Origin: Octopus sinensis
Lineage: Eukaryota
NCBI RefSeq assembly: GCF_006345805.1
Contig: NC_043004.1
Location: 4,712,001 to 4,776,000, forward strand
Length of the DNA: 64,000 nt
Direction of reading: 5' to 3'
The notes under the pieces are model-generated. The model was not told the DNA's origin and ran no database searches. It was given only the letters and a program-made list of their open reading frames with translations. The position numbers and the translations under genes were made by a program. Shown here piece by piece: positions 50,480 through 63,583 of this stretch. The stretch's first letter is position 1; every line of letters starts with the position of its first letter.

Positions 50480-50861
50480 CAGACACTTGACAGGAACCTA
50501 AAAATAGAATTTTTTTTGGTACGAATATTCTAATAATCACATTCCCACACACAAGCAAATGTGTATCCGCTCTTCTTCTTGTACACTCTTATGCATGTGC
50601 ACAGACATTCACATATGCATGTATGCATATAGTTAAACATATATTTATATTGACAAATACACATGCATGCATGTGTGTGTGTGCACGCGTGCATACACGC
50701 ACGCAAAATTAAGAAGTGAGCAATTATGTAATAAGGTTAAATTTTCTGGGATGCAATTAAGTACATTCCATTGTAAAAATATTGCTCTAAAAATTTTCAT
50801 GTGAGTGCTGTCATCTAAACACACATAAACAGTCATTCACACACAAAATTTGCATGCACAC

Positions 50862-50865
<4 letters not shown>

Positions 50866-50922
<57 letters not shown>
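50866..50922. repeat. (AC)28 microsatellite
   Basis: Perfect run. Confidence 0.95.
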
Positions 50923-50924
<2 letters not shown>

Positions 50925-51259
50925 AGCATTAGCATTCACTTACTTGCACACACACATGGATATTCATTCACTCACATGCATACACACTTGGAAACACAAC
51001 TCATACTCACTCACTCTCAACTTTCATCCACTCCTATTTGCTCACTCACTCTTATTTCATTCACTAATGACACTTTCACTCAGACACTCACTCCCAACTT
51101 TCACTCATTCATATTCAAGCCTGTCTTAAGTCACTTGTTGAATTCAGAGGTATATTAACATGTCAAATCTTCATAACTGGAATTTCTTTGTTGATTTTAT
51201 TCAGTCAGAGTTGGTGACTGTGAACACGAGGACTGAACTGTTAAATGCTGGAGTATCTT

Positions 51260-51670
51260 CTTTTACTTGTTTCAGTCAATTGACTATGGCCATGCTGGAG
51301 CACTGTTTTGAAGAACTTTTAGTCAAACGAATTGACCTCAGGACTTATTTGTTTTTTTTTTTTTGGTTTAAGCTGGTACTTATTCTGTCAGTCTCTTTTG
51401 CAGAACTGCTAAGTTATGGAGTTATAAACACACCAACATTGGTTGTCAGGTGGTGCTAGTAGAGGCAACGGGGAACAAAGACACACACACACACTCACAT
51501 ATATAGATATGTATGCAACGGGCTTCTTTCAATTTACATCTACCAAATCCACTCACAAGGCTTGGTTGTCCCCAGGCTATAGTAGAAGGCATTTACCCAA
51601 AGGGCCATGCAGTGGGACTGAACCCAGAACCCTGTGGTTTGGAAGTAAACTTCTTACCACACAGCCACAC
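51260..51670 (-). mobile_element. SINE family A
   Basis: Complete tail-1, hinge and head on the minus strand. Confidence 0.8.
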
Positions 51671-52947
51671 CTGCCGCTATGTATGTTGATTTTGAATATA
51701 GCAAAGAGAAATAAAGTCCTAGGAGCTGTAGGTAGGTTTTAGTGAAGATAATAATTCCAAAATTATTTTGCTTTTGAACATATTATCTAAAACACAACAC
51801 TGAATCAGCGAGGTAACGTTAGTATGGTTACTCTGACCGCTAGAAATAGCAGCTAAATCGTATTCAAATCGCAATCTATCATACAATAGATTTCTATAGT
51901 TTTCTTTGTGACATACCTATACTACATGTGAAAAGGCAGAATTGTCATGACTGGAATGCCTTTGATCACCAGCCTGTTCAACCATTCTTGACCTGCAACT
52001 AAACAAGAAAGCAACAACTAATCTTATATGCTTATTATATATGCGCCTTATATGTTTATTAAACATATTGCCATTCTTTACACTGTTGCTACACGGAAGA
52101 CATGATTTTTTTCTTATGCATTTTTTCTACATTTATAGTAATGATATCTGTCAATTCCCTACATGCCCAACCCTATTTAACTTCATTTAAAGTGCCTCAT
52201 AAATTTAAAAATCAATTATTTTTTTTATAGTCTAGAATGTTAAGAAGTCATTTTAAGAGAGAGGAGTTGTTATTTAGTCCACCCCCACTGCTGTTAGTAC
52301 TGATCAAGCAGACTGTGACCAAAGGTGTTCTAATTATGACCATCCTGTCTTTTCAGTTGTCTTTTTCCTATGTGCAGCGAATCTGGAACCATGTGTTTTA
52401 TTTTATTTTATTTTTTTGTCAGATGGTAGGATGTAATATGAAGGAGATTTGGTTGTTATTTGTAGCAGATCAAGTAAATATGTAGAAGCTCCCTCATTGG
52501 CTTTGTACTTAGTTGTTTTTATGTTGGTTTACTTTTGGTCAATCCTGAGAGGAGTCAGCTTGGAAGGTAGGCCTCAGACCCCACTTGGTTTCGAGAAAAC
52601 CTGTGTGGTTACTCGACATGCTAGAAATAGTAGCCAAATCTCCTTCAAATTATATCCTACTGTCTTAAATAAAGAAAAAATATGAAGTAATATATTTCTA
52701 CATACCCCACCAAAAAACGATAAGGTCATGGCTGGAATGCCTTTAATCAAGGGGTTATGGGATCAGGGTCGATCTGGAGCTAAACAACAGGGCTACTGCT
52801 TAGGTCTTGGAAGAATTTAGTAGAGTTAACTCTGTTGTAAGCATTTAAACATTGGTTTTTACTGTGGTTGGGCTCATGGTTTTTCTATCATTTTTTTTTT
52901 TGGCTTTCATCAAAATAGATGAACATCAATGGAATTTGTATCTTTGT

Positions 52948-53392
52948 GGTACCAGTGCCGGTGGCACACAAGAAAACCATCCGAACGTGGCCGTAGCCAG
53001 TACCGCATCGACTGGCCTCCGTGCTGTGGGCACGTAACAAACACCATCCGATCGTGGCCGTTCGCCAGCCTCATCTGGCACCTGTGTCGGTGGCACATAA
53101 AAACACCATCCGAGCATGGCCATCTGCCAGCCTCGTCTGGCACCTGTGTCGGTGGCACATAAAAAAACACCATCCGAGCGTGGCTGTTCGCCAGCCTCGT
53201 CTGGCATCTGTGTCAGTGGCACATAAAATCACCCACTACACTCTCGGAGTGGTTGGCGTTAGGAAGGGCATCCAGCTGTAGAAACACTGCCAGATCTGAC
53301 TGGCCTGGTGCAGCCTTCGGGCTCCCCAGACCCCAGTTGAACCATCCAACCCATGCTAGCATGGAAAGCAGACGTTAAATGATGATGATGAT
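52948..53392 (+). mobile_element. Young family D element with an internal 62-65 bp tandem minisatellite
   Basis: GTGGCAC recurs at 52961, 53026, 53090, 53152 and 53216, followed by GGCGTTAGGAAGGGCATCCAGCTG and a (GAT)n tail; CpG-rich. Confidence 0.85.
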
Positions 53393-56300
53393 ATAATCAT
53401 GATTTGATTATTAGCATCTGTTATATTCCATCATTTTACTTGTCTCACTCATTTGACTGCTGCTTTGCTGGGGCATTGCCTTGAAGGATTTAGTCATACA
53501 AATCGATCCCAGTATTTACTTTTAAAGTCTTGTACTTATTCTAGGGGTCTGTTTTGCTGAACCATTAAGTTATAAGGACAATAGTTGTCAAGTATGGGGA
53601 TGGGGGACACACACACACACACACATCTTTTTTCAATGTCTATCAGTTCTACTCACAAGGCTTTGGTCAGCTCAAGGCTATCAGTAAAAGATGCCTGTCC
53701 AAAGTGCCACACTGTGGGACTGAACCTGAAACCAAGTGGTTTGGAAGCAAGCTTCTTACCAAGCAGTCATGCCTGCATCTATACTGAAATAGTAGATATA
53801 AATTATTGAAGTAGCTCTAACATGAATAGCTTCATTCATGTAAATCACTCAAGTGGTAGCATACACAGACGTGAAAAGGAAGAGCATTTTTGTATTTTGG
53901 GCTATATGTTTTTGTTCAATGGCAGGGTTTGAAATCATACTTAAGATATATTGCTCAACTCATTAGTCAGCCAATGACAATGTTCTACTTTACTATCAGT
54001 TTTACTTTATTTCCTTTCATAACCAGTCTTTTTGAGATCACCAGAGTTCATAAGGTTAATGTTTAACCATTTTTGATACCAATCTACCTGAAGCTACCCA
54101 CGGTTCTATAAGACAAACTGCCTGTTTTGAAGTGGTCTAAATTCAAAACCTCCCATCAAAATTTTGCTGCTTAATAATGACGAAGTTATTCCTTATTTTT
54201 TTTCAAAATTAACTGAAACAAAAGAATTTTATTTCTCTAGAATAGCAAAAGGGTTAACTTTGGTTTCTATAGTAACGAATTGATGAATCAGATTTCTCCT
54301 TGGGTTGAATGCAGGTCACTCTACCAAGAAATTGTGGTACTTTTTGTTGACAGCTTAAAATCTCTTGCACAGAAGCACAATAAAATAAATAGCTGTATTG
54401 GGTTCAAGATTATAGTTCAGTATCGTATTTAGTTACTCTGCTAGTTTGCTTTTTTTTTTACATCTTAAAAACTGTTAATTTGTTGACAGTGATTGCTGGA
54501 GATGTCAGGAGTGAAGCTTGATGTAGCTGGCTCTTATATTTTCTGTACAAGAAAAGCTTACTGTGTTGTTAATCTGTAACAATCAATTGAGCTGTATTTT
54601 TTAAAATTCTATAATTAGATTGATAATTACAATCTCAAACTGTAATTGTTAAAAAATCTACTCAACAATATCTGAAAAAAGGAAGCAGAAAGGTTCTGCC
54701 GTATCACTGTAGACATTGAGATATTGTGCTGCAAAGAAAATGCTATTGGCTTCCCTATGGAGTCTTTGATGTGTTATTTGATACTAAATGGGAAATGTTC
54801 CATTCTTATTCTATTTTACTGGGTTTTCTTTTTTTTTTTTTAATTAGTACACATGCCATACATCACATGCAGTGTTATAATGCGCTTAGTCAAAACAGCT
54901 AAATTTTCTAAAGTGTGTTTAAAAGTCATGAGCAGTAATGGTAAAATCTGTTTAGGTGGTATCTATTTGAAAAGGAAAGGTTATATGTAATCTATAGTGT
55001 CTTTACCATGGAAGAAAAGTATTTTTTCTCATTTCATTCTAGCTACAATGAAAATGGAAACAAAACTAAAATTTCAATAACGTTTTGTTATGACATTTTC
55101 ACTCCCTCGTACATTGTAACAAATGAAATAGAATATATAATGGAAGTTGTAAACTAGAATTGGATTTACAGTTTTTGAAGAAGTTTCAATGACTGCACTG
55201 TTACTAGAGAATTATTTCACTTGTAACAAGCAGTTCATGAACTCCAGGGATTGGCCAGTTATTTACTGCAAAATATATTCTCAGGTTGTCCCCAGAAAAT
55301 CACAATTTATCTTTTATATGTGTCATTTCGTTTTGACACATTTTTACTTTGTATTCTTCAACTGAGTATGCAGCAGGTTCTAAACTAAGCAAGAAGTATG
55401 TGATATCAAACAAATCTATTTGTTTTGTATAAATGCTTGAAATAGTAACGGAGAGTAAGAAAACTTAAGATTGGTTCAAATATGTTTGATAGATATGTTA
55501 ATAAATCTGTAAAGGCAAGTTGAAAGAGGTTTGTCAAGGAGAAAAATTTCTTGCTTAAGACAGAAAGGTGTTAAAATACCATTGTCAGATGTGAATACCT
55601 TCTTTTAGACCAATGGAGGCATTTCAAACTTTTTAGTTATCTTCATCCAGATACCAAGTGAGGCAACTCTGGAGTAACTTGGGTTTGAATTAAAATTTAA
55701 GGCTTCTGAGGTATTTTGAATTTTTAAAATATAAGCAAAGGTAATGTCAAACATATTTGAACTGTTCCCCATGTGTATGTGTGATGACTTAAAAATACCG
55801 GACAGGAAAAGCTAGTGGTAGTAGTGTACAATTGATAAATTCAAAGAAACTGAGATTTAATAAAGTACAACCTAAAATAATCAAAATCTGCCATGAAATT
55901 GAAGTATGTAGGTGAGTAGGGTAGTAGGATTGAGGGAATCATTAGATTGTTAAAAAAAAAAAAAACCTTGTTGCATTTAGTTAAGGCATTTTGTATTCTG
56001 AATTTAAACTCTCTGAGATCAACTTTGCCCTTCATCATTCTCAGGCTGATAAAAATAAAGATCCATTTAAGTACTGGTATCAATTTAATCAACCATACCT
56101 CAAAATTTGTGGCCTTGAAGCAATGTCAGAAGCCAATATCAGTAATGTAGTAGAATTTGAGTATAATCTATATTGTTACTTAAATTTTTAGTGTCTCAAT
56201 ACAAGCCACACAATGACCATGTGGCTCATTGGTTCTTATATGTTCATTTCAGATTATTCAAATTGAAACTAGTATGGGGCCTCTGCCAAAGAAACTTTTA

Positions 56301-57208
56301 CACTAGGAAAGATCTGTAGATATATTGTGAAATAACCATTGTGAAAAGTGCCTATGCATGGCCATGTAAAAGCACCCTTGTAGAACCAAGTAAAAGCACA
56401 TATGCCATGTAAAAACACCCTTGCAGTGTCACATAAAAGCATCTAGCACACTCTATAAAGTGGTTGGCATTAGGAAGGGCATCCAGCTGTAGAAACCATG
56501 CCAAATCAGATGGAGATTGGTGCAACTTTTCAGCTTGCCAGCTCTTGTCAAACCATTCAATCTTTGCCAGCATGGCCAACAGATGTTAAATGGTGATGAT
56601 CTTTTACTTGTTTCAGTCATTAGACAGCATGGGCAATGGACCTTAAATGAAGATGATGATGATGATGTCAACAATGTTTAAATTTTCAGTTGTTTTGATC
56701 AGTAGTTCAATTTCCTAACAGCAAGTTCAACAGTTTATTGGACTCCTCCTGTTCTAATTTTTTTTATTTAGAGAATGTTAATATTTTAAAAATTCTCTTT
56801 AAGAATTTCAATTTATTGGACAAAGCACTACTATATTTTGTCAAATCTTTCCAGCCTTTTAAGAACCAGATACATTGTGTAAGATACCTAATGATAATTT
56901 ATTGACTTTGACTGAATTAACTACCTGAATCAAAGGTCAAACAAACCTTCATGCAGTTAAACCAATGAGGAAAGCCTCTACATGGTTAAGCCATTGAGGA
57001 AACCTCTATGCAGTTATTAGATTTATGAGAAATAGCAATCAGATCTCTTTCAAATCATACCCACTGTCTTTTTTTTTAAAAAAAGGGTCACATTAAAGAT
57101 TAAACTGAGCTTGGAAGAAAGATGGGATGGTGTGACTGGGATGTCTGATTGTGAATCTGATTGATCAGATTTGAGCTGGAGTTTAATAATGTTGACATTA
57201 ACTAACTA

Positions 57209-57508
57209 AACTGGCATTCCATCAGTTTGGTTGATCTGACTTGTGGAACAGCCTGCTTGTGAAATTAACATGTAAGTGACTGGGCACTCTGCAAACGTGG
57301 GTACCCTTAATGTACTTCTCAGGGAGATTCTGCACGACACAGAAGTGACATAGCTGGCCCTGTGAAACACAGGTGCAACTCATTTTTGCCAGCTGAGTGT
57401 ACTCGAGCAATGTGAAATAAAGTGTCTTACTCAACAACACAATGCACAGCCAGGAATTGAACTCATGACCGTACAGTCATGAGCCAGATACCCAAACCAC
57501 TATGGCAC
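57209..57508 (-). mobile_element. SINE family B
   Basis: Collinear with the other family B copies. Confidence 0.8.
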
Positions 57509-57566
57509 AATGACATAGGGGATATTTATTAAATAATCATGTATACTCATCCATACAAATAGACCT

Positions 57567-57799
57567 CTCTTTTACTCTTTACTCTTTTACTTGCTTCAGT
57601 GATTTGACTGCGGCCATGCTGGAGCACTGCCTTTAGTCGAGCAAATCGACCCCGGGACTTATTCTTTGTAAGCCCAGTACTTATTCTATCGGTCTCTTTT
57701 GCCGAACCGCTAAGTGACGGGGACGTAAACACACCAGCATCGGTTGTCAAGCAATGCTAGGGGGACAAACACAGACGCACAAACACACACACATACATT

Positions 57800-57831
<32 letters not shown>

Positions 57832-57945
57832 TACGACAGGCTTCTTTCAGTTTCCGTCTACCAAATCCACTCACAAGGCATTGGTCGGCCCGGGGCTATA
57901 GCAGAAGACACTTGCCCAAGATGCCACGCAGTGGGACTGAACCCG
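57567..57945 (-). mobile_element. SINE family A, young, 5'-truncated at the B box
   Basis: CpGs intact; homology stops abruptly at GGACTGAACCCG. Confidence 0.85.
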
Positions 57946-58736
57946 TATGAATTATATTAAAACAAATGAAGAATACATTTTATGTAAACTAGCTTAATGT
58001 TTTGAAAGATTGTAACAGCCTGTATTTGCTGTGAAATGGGAATATATTTACTGTCACTGCATTTAGGAATGAAACCATATGGTCACAATTTTTGAAGACA
58101 GTAGACTGCTTATTGAGCAAGATTTAGCCACTACATTTGAGCAAATGAACCACTGTTGAAGCTCCATTCCCCAACTGACTTGAACTCCCTTACTGGTTCA
58201 TGCAAACCTGTTGATGTGTAAAGCAGAGCTGTAAACTGCATACATGCCTGGAGAAAAGCTGATAAGGATAGGTTACAAAAAAATGCGCTTACTAATGAAG
58301 AGCAGTTGTAGGAAGAAGTGATGGTATGAATGAACAAGATTGAAGTAATTAATGAATGGACAGCTTAGAAATAGTACGTTTCTACTGGTTGTGGGCAAAG
58401 CTTTGAAGGAAAGAATAATTGAGGCATTGTTGCAACTTACACAAATTCAGCTTGTTTCTTTGCCAAAACATTCTCAAGGATATTTTTATTTATCTATTTA
58501 ACCAGTTATTTATCTATTTATTTATTTCCTTTGCTTGTAAACAACGTAAACACATTTTCAAGACACAATTTAAGTTTTTTTAAAGATAAGAGTATTATCA
58601 CAGACCTAGTAACCTGATAAATATTTTTGTAGTTTTCTCAGTTGTAGTAAACATATTTTCTAAGGAGGCAACATCACCTGGAAGTTTATTTAGTAATTAA
58701 AAAAAAAAATTATTTTATTCATTTATTTCAGTAATT

Positions 58737-59122
58737 ACTCTTTTACTTGTTTCAGTCATTTGACTGTGGCCATGCTGGAGCACTGCCTTTAGTCGAGCAA
58801 ATCGACCCCAGGACGTATTCTTTGTAAGCCTAGTGCTTAGTCTATCGGTCTCTTTTGCCGAATCGCTAAGTTACGGGGACGCAAATGCACCAGCATCAGT
58901 TGTCAAGCGATACTGGGGCGGGGGACAAACACGGACACACAAACATATACATAAACACACACACGTATATATGATGGGCTTCTTTCAATTTCCGTCTACC
59001 AAGTCCACTCACAAGGCTTTGGTTGGCAGAAGACACTTGCCCAAGGTTTCACGCAGTGAGACTGAACCCGGAACCATGTGGTTGGTAAGCAAGCTACTTA
59101 CCACACAACCACTCCTATGCCT
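58737..59122 (-). mobile_element. SINE family A, full length
   Basis: Ends ..CTTACCACACAACCACTCCTATGCCT; small internal deletion before AGAAGACACTTG. Confidence 0.85.
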
Positions 59123-59624
59123 AGAAAAAAAAAATTATTTTGTTATGTAAATTACTTGGCTCTTGTTGATGGAGTAGGTTTATGATCAAAAGTTTTCCTG
59201 CCGTGATTGTTCTGCTTTTTTTTTTTTTTTTTTGCAAACCAGACTATGTGTCATTGAAACCTCTTATATCTGACTCGAATATTCTACCTGTTTTATGTTC
59301 AAACTGACCAATCTGGCCCCTCACACTTACCTTACAATGTCATCCTAAAAATAAGCTTCATTGAAATCTCTTGGGTACGAGAGTGAGCATTACATATGTC
59401 TGAGTAATCTGAATGCTAAAGGTTTAAGGCAGTACTGTGCACTGAGGGAGCTTTGGCTACTATTTTAAGTAGATCATATGACTGCATGGATGCTTTCTTA
59501 TTGACCTTATATTTATTTTTATATCTATTGTTGTTGTTGTTTGCCTGCCTGCACATAAATATGGCACTTTAACCATCTGTACTTGCATCTTGCAGAGAAC
59601 ATTAAAAACCAAATTAGAAGGGAA

Positions 59625-60052
59625 AAAAATTGGTTGTGCTGTTAAGGAGTTTGCTTCCCAGGCCACATGGTTTTGGATTCAATCCAACTGTGTGACACCT
59701 TGGTTATCCTATGATAACCTCAGGTTGACAAAAAGCCTTATGAGAAGATTTAGTAGACAGGAAGTGAAAAAAAGTCCATTATGTGTGTGTGAGAAGGGGA
59801 GGGGTGTAGGATGTGAATGTTTGTATCTTTTTGTTTTGACATTGCAGGACTGTTGTAAATGAATGTTATTCATTTTCAATACTCTGTGAAAACATGTCAG
59901 ATCTCGGGGGGGGGGGGGGGGGGAAATATTATCTTGGTTGGAGACAAATAAGGGTTGGCTACAGGGTAGTGTCCAGCCATAGAAAATTTGCCTCAGTAAG
60001 TCCATCTGTCTCCATGCTTGCATGGTAAAATGTTAAAATGATGATGATGAAT
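59625..60052 (+). mobile_element. SINE with family A head and tail-2, containing a (G)18 run
   Basis: A-type head, tail-2 ending TTAAAATGATGATGATG; G run at 59906-59923. Confidence 0.65.
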
Positions 60053-61208
60053 GATGAAAATAAAATTATTTAGTTGAGAACTTACATTAGTGTCATTTTC
60101 ATGACAAGTACAAGTGACAACACTGTACATGTTTCTGTCTTATGATGATCCACTCAGAGAAGCATCATTTTCACTGTACTTGCCAAAGATCTAATGAATC
60201 AATCACTAAGTGTACAAGATAGTACATACTAAACATCTCAACAAGTACTTTTACAGCTCAATCCATTTATATATTTTCCGATAGCATAAAGCAAATAACG
60301 GCCCAGAATACCATATATTATTTATGCTTCAATTCACTCCTTTATCTTAGAAATGATCAGTCTTGCTTTCTAACTGTTTTAGTACCATCTTCTCCGAGAC
60401 TGCCCTTAGTTCTGTAGTACAAAACCTCCTATTTTAAAGTGTTTGTGTTTAAATTAAAACTTCCCATCATGATTTGTGTAAGAACATTTTTGTTGAGTTC
60501 CAAACACCAGCTTAATGAAAATGTTTGTTTTAGTGAATCCTTCCAAATTCTTGATTATTTTCAAAGTTAATCGAAACACATAGGTATAGTGTATTTCATT
60601 AGAATATGGTTGTAAAATGGGTAGTTGGCCAACCTGTAGAACTAATGTATTTTTTCTCTGATAAACTCCATATGGGTCCTATTTTGTTGTTTATTAGAAA
60701 TTCACTTGGCTGTTGTGCAATTATGTTGCTAGTCTGCTAACCATATTGTTGAGATTTAATGTGTTGTGGGCTTGAGCAAAGCATATAGCTACTCTATCTT
60801 TCCCCTACTATTCCATTTGTATTTCACAGCTGAGTGGTTTATTGAAGGAATGTATCATTCAGCTGTAAAAGGAAATGCATTAATAAAAACCCATCTCACC
60901 CATAAATATAAAATGGGGGGAAAAAAAAATGTTGGAAATATAAAAATTTGGATAGAGATGAAACAGAATTTAAAAAATTTTTATTTAGCATGAATTTTGG
61001 TGTTAGGAAAATTCTAGTTCAAGCAGGTTTCCAAAGTTCACTTTTATGTAATTTTCCACTTTCAGATAATTGAAAATTTTCTTCCTTTCGTTCCTTTCAA
61101 ATTTTGCCTTTGGTTTGTATATTTCCTCTTAAAGAAGGAAAACTATTTTAAATTTTGGTTGAACTGAGAATTGACTGCATTTTAGTGCAGTTAAACGAAT
61201 GAAACGAA

Positions 61209-61308
61209 ATTTATCCTAAAGACATACAATTCATAATTTATCCTAAAGAGATTTATCCAAAAGACATTTGTCCTCAAGACATTTATCCTAAAGACATATA
61301 GTTCATAG
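61209..61308. repeat. 15-bp minisatellite ATTTATCCTAAAGAC
   Basis: Units at 61209, 61236, 61251, 61266 and 61281, with a 12-bp ATA(C/T)A(A/G)TTCATA spacer occurring twice. Confidence 0.85.
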
Positions 61309-62245
61309 TTTTAGAAAATTTCTTACATTATTTGCATAAAATCTGTACAACCAAACTAGAAATTTTAGTTTTTCATAACAGTCTTTTGATGCAGAGTTGC
61401 TTAGAAATGGATAATTTTTTTAGATGTTATAAATTATGGTTGGTTGCTCCCTATTTTCATAGTGCAAAGAAAATACTACAACAGTGAAATTATTCCTTTC
61501 TGGAATTGGATGGCTGGTTTTATTTTATCTAATTTTTTGTGTGTGTGTGTGTGTTTCGGAGTAGACATGTAAAAATGAATTTATGATAAAGCTGTAGTTT
61601 GATGTCTTTCTTGTCTTTTAAGAAGAAAATACAGGCATATTTCCATGAGGCTGGGGAATTGTGTGTTAGTATGAATGGAAGGATAAAAGGTCTGTGAGCG
61701 GTATGATAAGATAGGATTTTGGAGCAGCATAAATTTTATTCTAGCCATTTGTTGTGCATTTTGTTGTACATCTAGAATCTCAGGACATTGGTTTGTAATT
61801 ATTTCACAAGTAATGTGCCATGAAACCAGTGGAAGCTGGAGCATCTTGCTACAGAAATGGAGTGTTCAGTGTTCACCAGTAAAATGTTGATAAAACAGTA
61901 AACTGAAATGCAGTTGCTAAGTGATCTGAAGGGAGTATTTCTTAGGAGGAAAGGGAGGTTTTTATATTTTTTCGAATGACCTTCAGCTATAGTTATCTTG
62001 TAGTTTGATACTATATTTCATGAGAAACACAGTTTGGGTTTTGGACCTATATAGATAAACATGTGTTTTGTCTTTGGAATATTTACTGTCTGGGTAAAAA
62101 AAACTGAACAAAACCAGTGGTCCTATTTTAAGGTTACATATAGTTTCTCAAGGATTGTAGGTTAAAATGCCCAGTATGCACATGAATGATTATTACTATT
62201 TTTAAATCTCACATTGTGAGATATTCAGCAACGGTACTATGTAGT

Positions 62246-62456
62246 AAAGATTGTTTGCCAACATAATATAGTAGTCCTGGTTTAGGACAAATGTTGCTGT
62301 AATTTAGCCCCAGGAGACATCCTCTCCAGCTGGCTATACGACACGATCTGTGTCCTTATATTTTCGAACAAGGGAATCTAGCACCCCCACTCCGCTCAAA
62401 GCAATATCTGTGTATCACGATTTCTGGGTTATTTCCCTTCATCAGCACAGAATAAT
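62246..62456 (-). mobile_element. Single-arm copy of the 2231-2575 hammerhead element
   Basis: Reverse complement of about 2363-2575, including the flank AAAGATTGTTTGCCAACA. Confidence 0.85.
62408..62450 (-). ncRNA. Minimal type I hammerhead ribozyme motif
   Basis: Minus strand CTGTG-CTGATGA-A-GGG-AAATAA-CCC-A-GAAA-TCGTGAT-A-CACAG; helix III AUCGUGAU is self-complementary with G-U pairs. Confidence 0.65.
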
Positions 62457-63062
62457 TGTTTGACTAGAGATGGCGCTGCCAAATTCCCATTCAAAATATA
62501 TAGTTTTCCAAGTGACAACTAGTCACTGATCTATGAATTAGAAAATTACTTAGAAAATGATTGTGTTAATATTTTACATAAACAGAGCATCATTTATTTT
62601 GGGTGAGAAAGCCATTGTCATAACATGTAAACAAAAATGGTTCTTTCTTCATTCACTGACTCACACATGTGTGCACATATGCACACACATTGCAAAAACT
62701 GGTGAGCAATGAAAACTCCAGCTGTGTGTAAAAGTTTGTACTAGTTGTTTATGCCATGTGTATGGTATCAAAAGCAATGTGAGGATCAGCAGTGAGTAAT
62801 TCAACATTTGCAAGAGCACCGTCACAAACCTCTATGTTTTTCATTCTAGTAAAGTGAATTCAAAGTCTCTGTGGTGATGACGATGATGATGACTAAAACT
62901 TTTCTCAGGAAACAGCAGGGGCCATAACCCACCCGGAATAGCACCAGGAATTTTGCCTTGATGGAAAGAAGTAAACAGGAAGTCAGTGGGGTTTGAAATT
63001 GTCTCTTCATATTTCTGATTTCAAACTGTGCGGAATGGGATTTTGACTTGTGTTTTTGCTAG

Positions 63063-63349
63063 AGAGTTGATCAAAATAACTACCAATCAATTACAGAGGT
63101 TAATTTGAATGACTGTCTAAGAAATCAGTATTTTAGAACTGGTGAGAAAACAATAGGTGTACTTGAGGTGTTCATACATGCAAGACAGAACCGTTACTTA
63201 TGTTTACGGCTATATCCAGCACACAATAATAACATGAAATTCAGTTGTTTGAAAATGAACCAATTTCTCTTGGAACTAGCAATAACAGACCTGTGGAGTG
63301 AAAGGGGTGTCATACTATGTAGCAAAAAGGAAATAAGATCTGAATACAG
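63063..63349 (+). CDS. Candidate 287-nt internal exon of an unknown protein (RVDQNNYQSITEVNLNDCLRNQYFRTGEKTIGVLEVFIHARQNRY...EIRSEY)
   Basis: The frame opens exactly after the acceptor TTGTGTTTTTGCTAG (63061-63062) and stays open for 95 codons up to AG|GTAACA. No domain recognised and the donor is only moderate. Confidence 0.3.
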
Positions 63350-63583
63350 GTAACATGACCCCATGTTATTAAGATTTATTGAAAAGTACTTGCAGAAATC
63401 TACCACCGACTGAAGCCTTATAGTATTCAGTAATAAATCTTATTATTTTTAGTAGAAAATAGTAGAATTTTCATAGAAATGTAACATGAAGTTGGCTCTC
63501 CTGGATATGATCTATTTCTGAGTGTAACCAATGAGTATGTCTCTACATAGACACTCAAGTGGTTGTTACTTCTAGAAATAATA

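Noticed and set aside
52910-53281. Overlapping ORFs and a CRISPR-like periodic array
   Set aside because: The units are contiguous without unique spacers, no cas genes are present, and the array is internal to a eukaryotic SINE.
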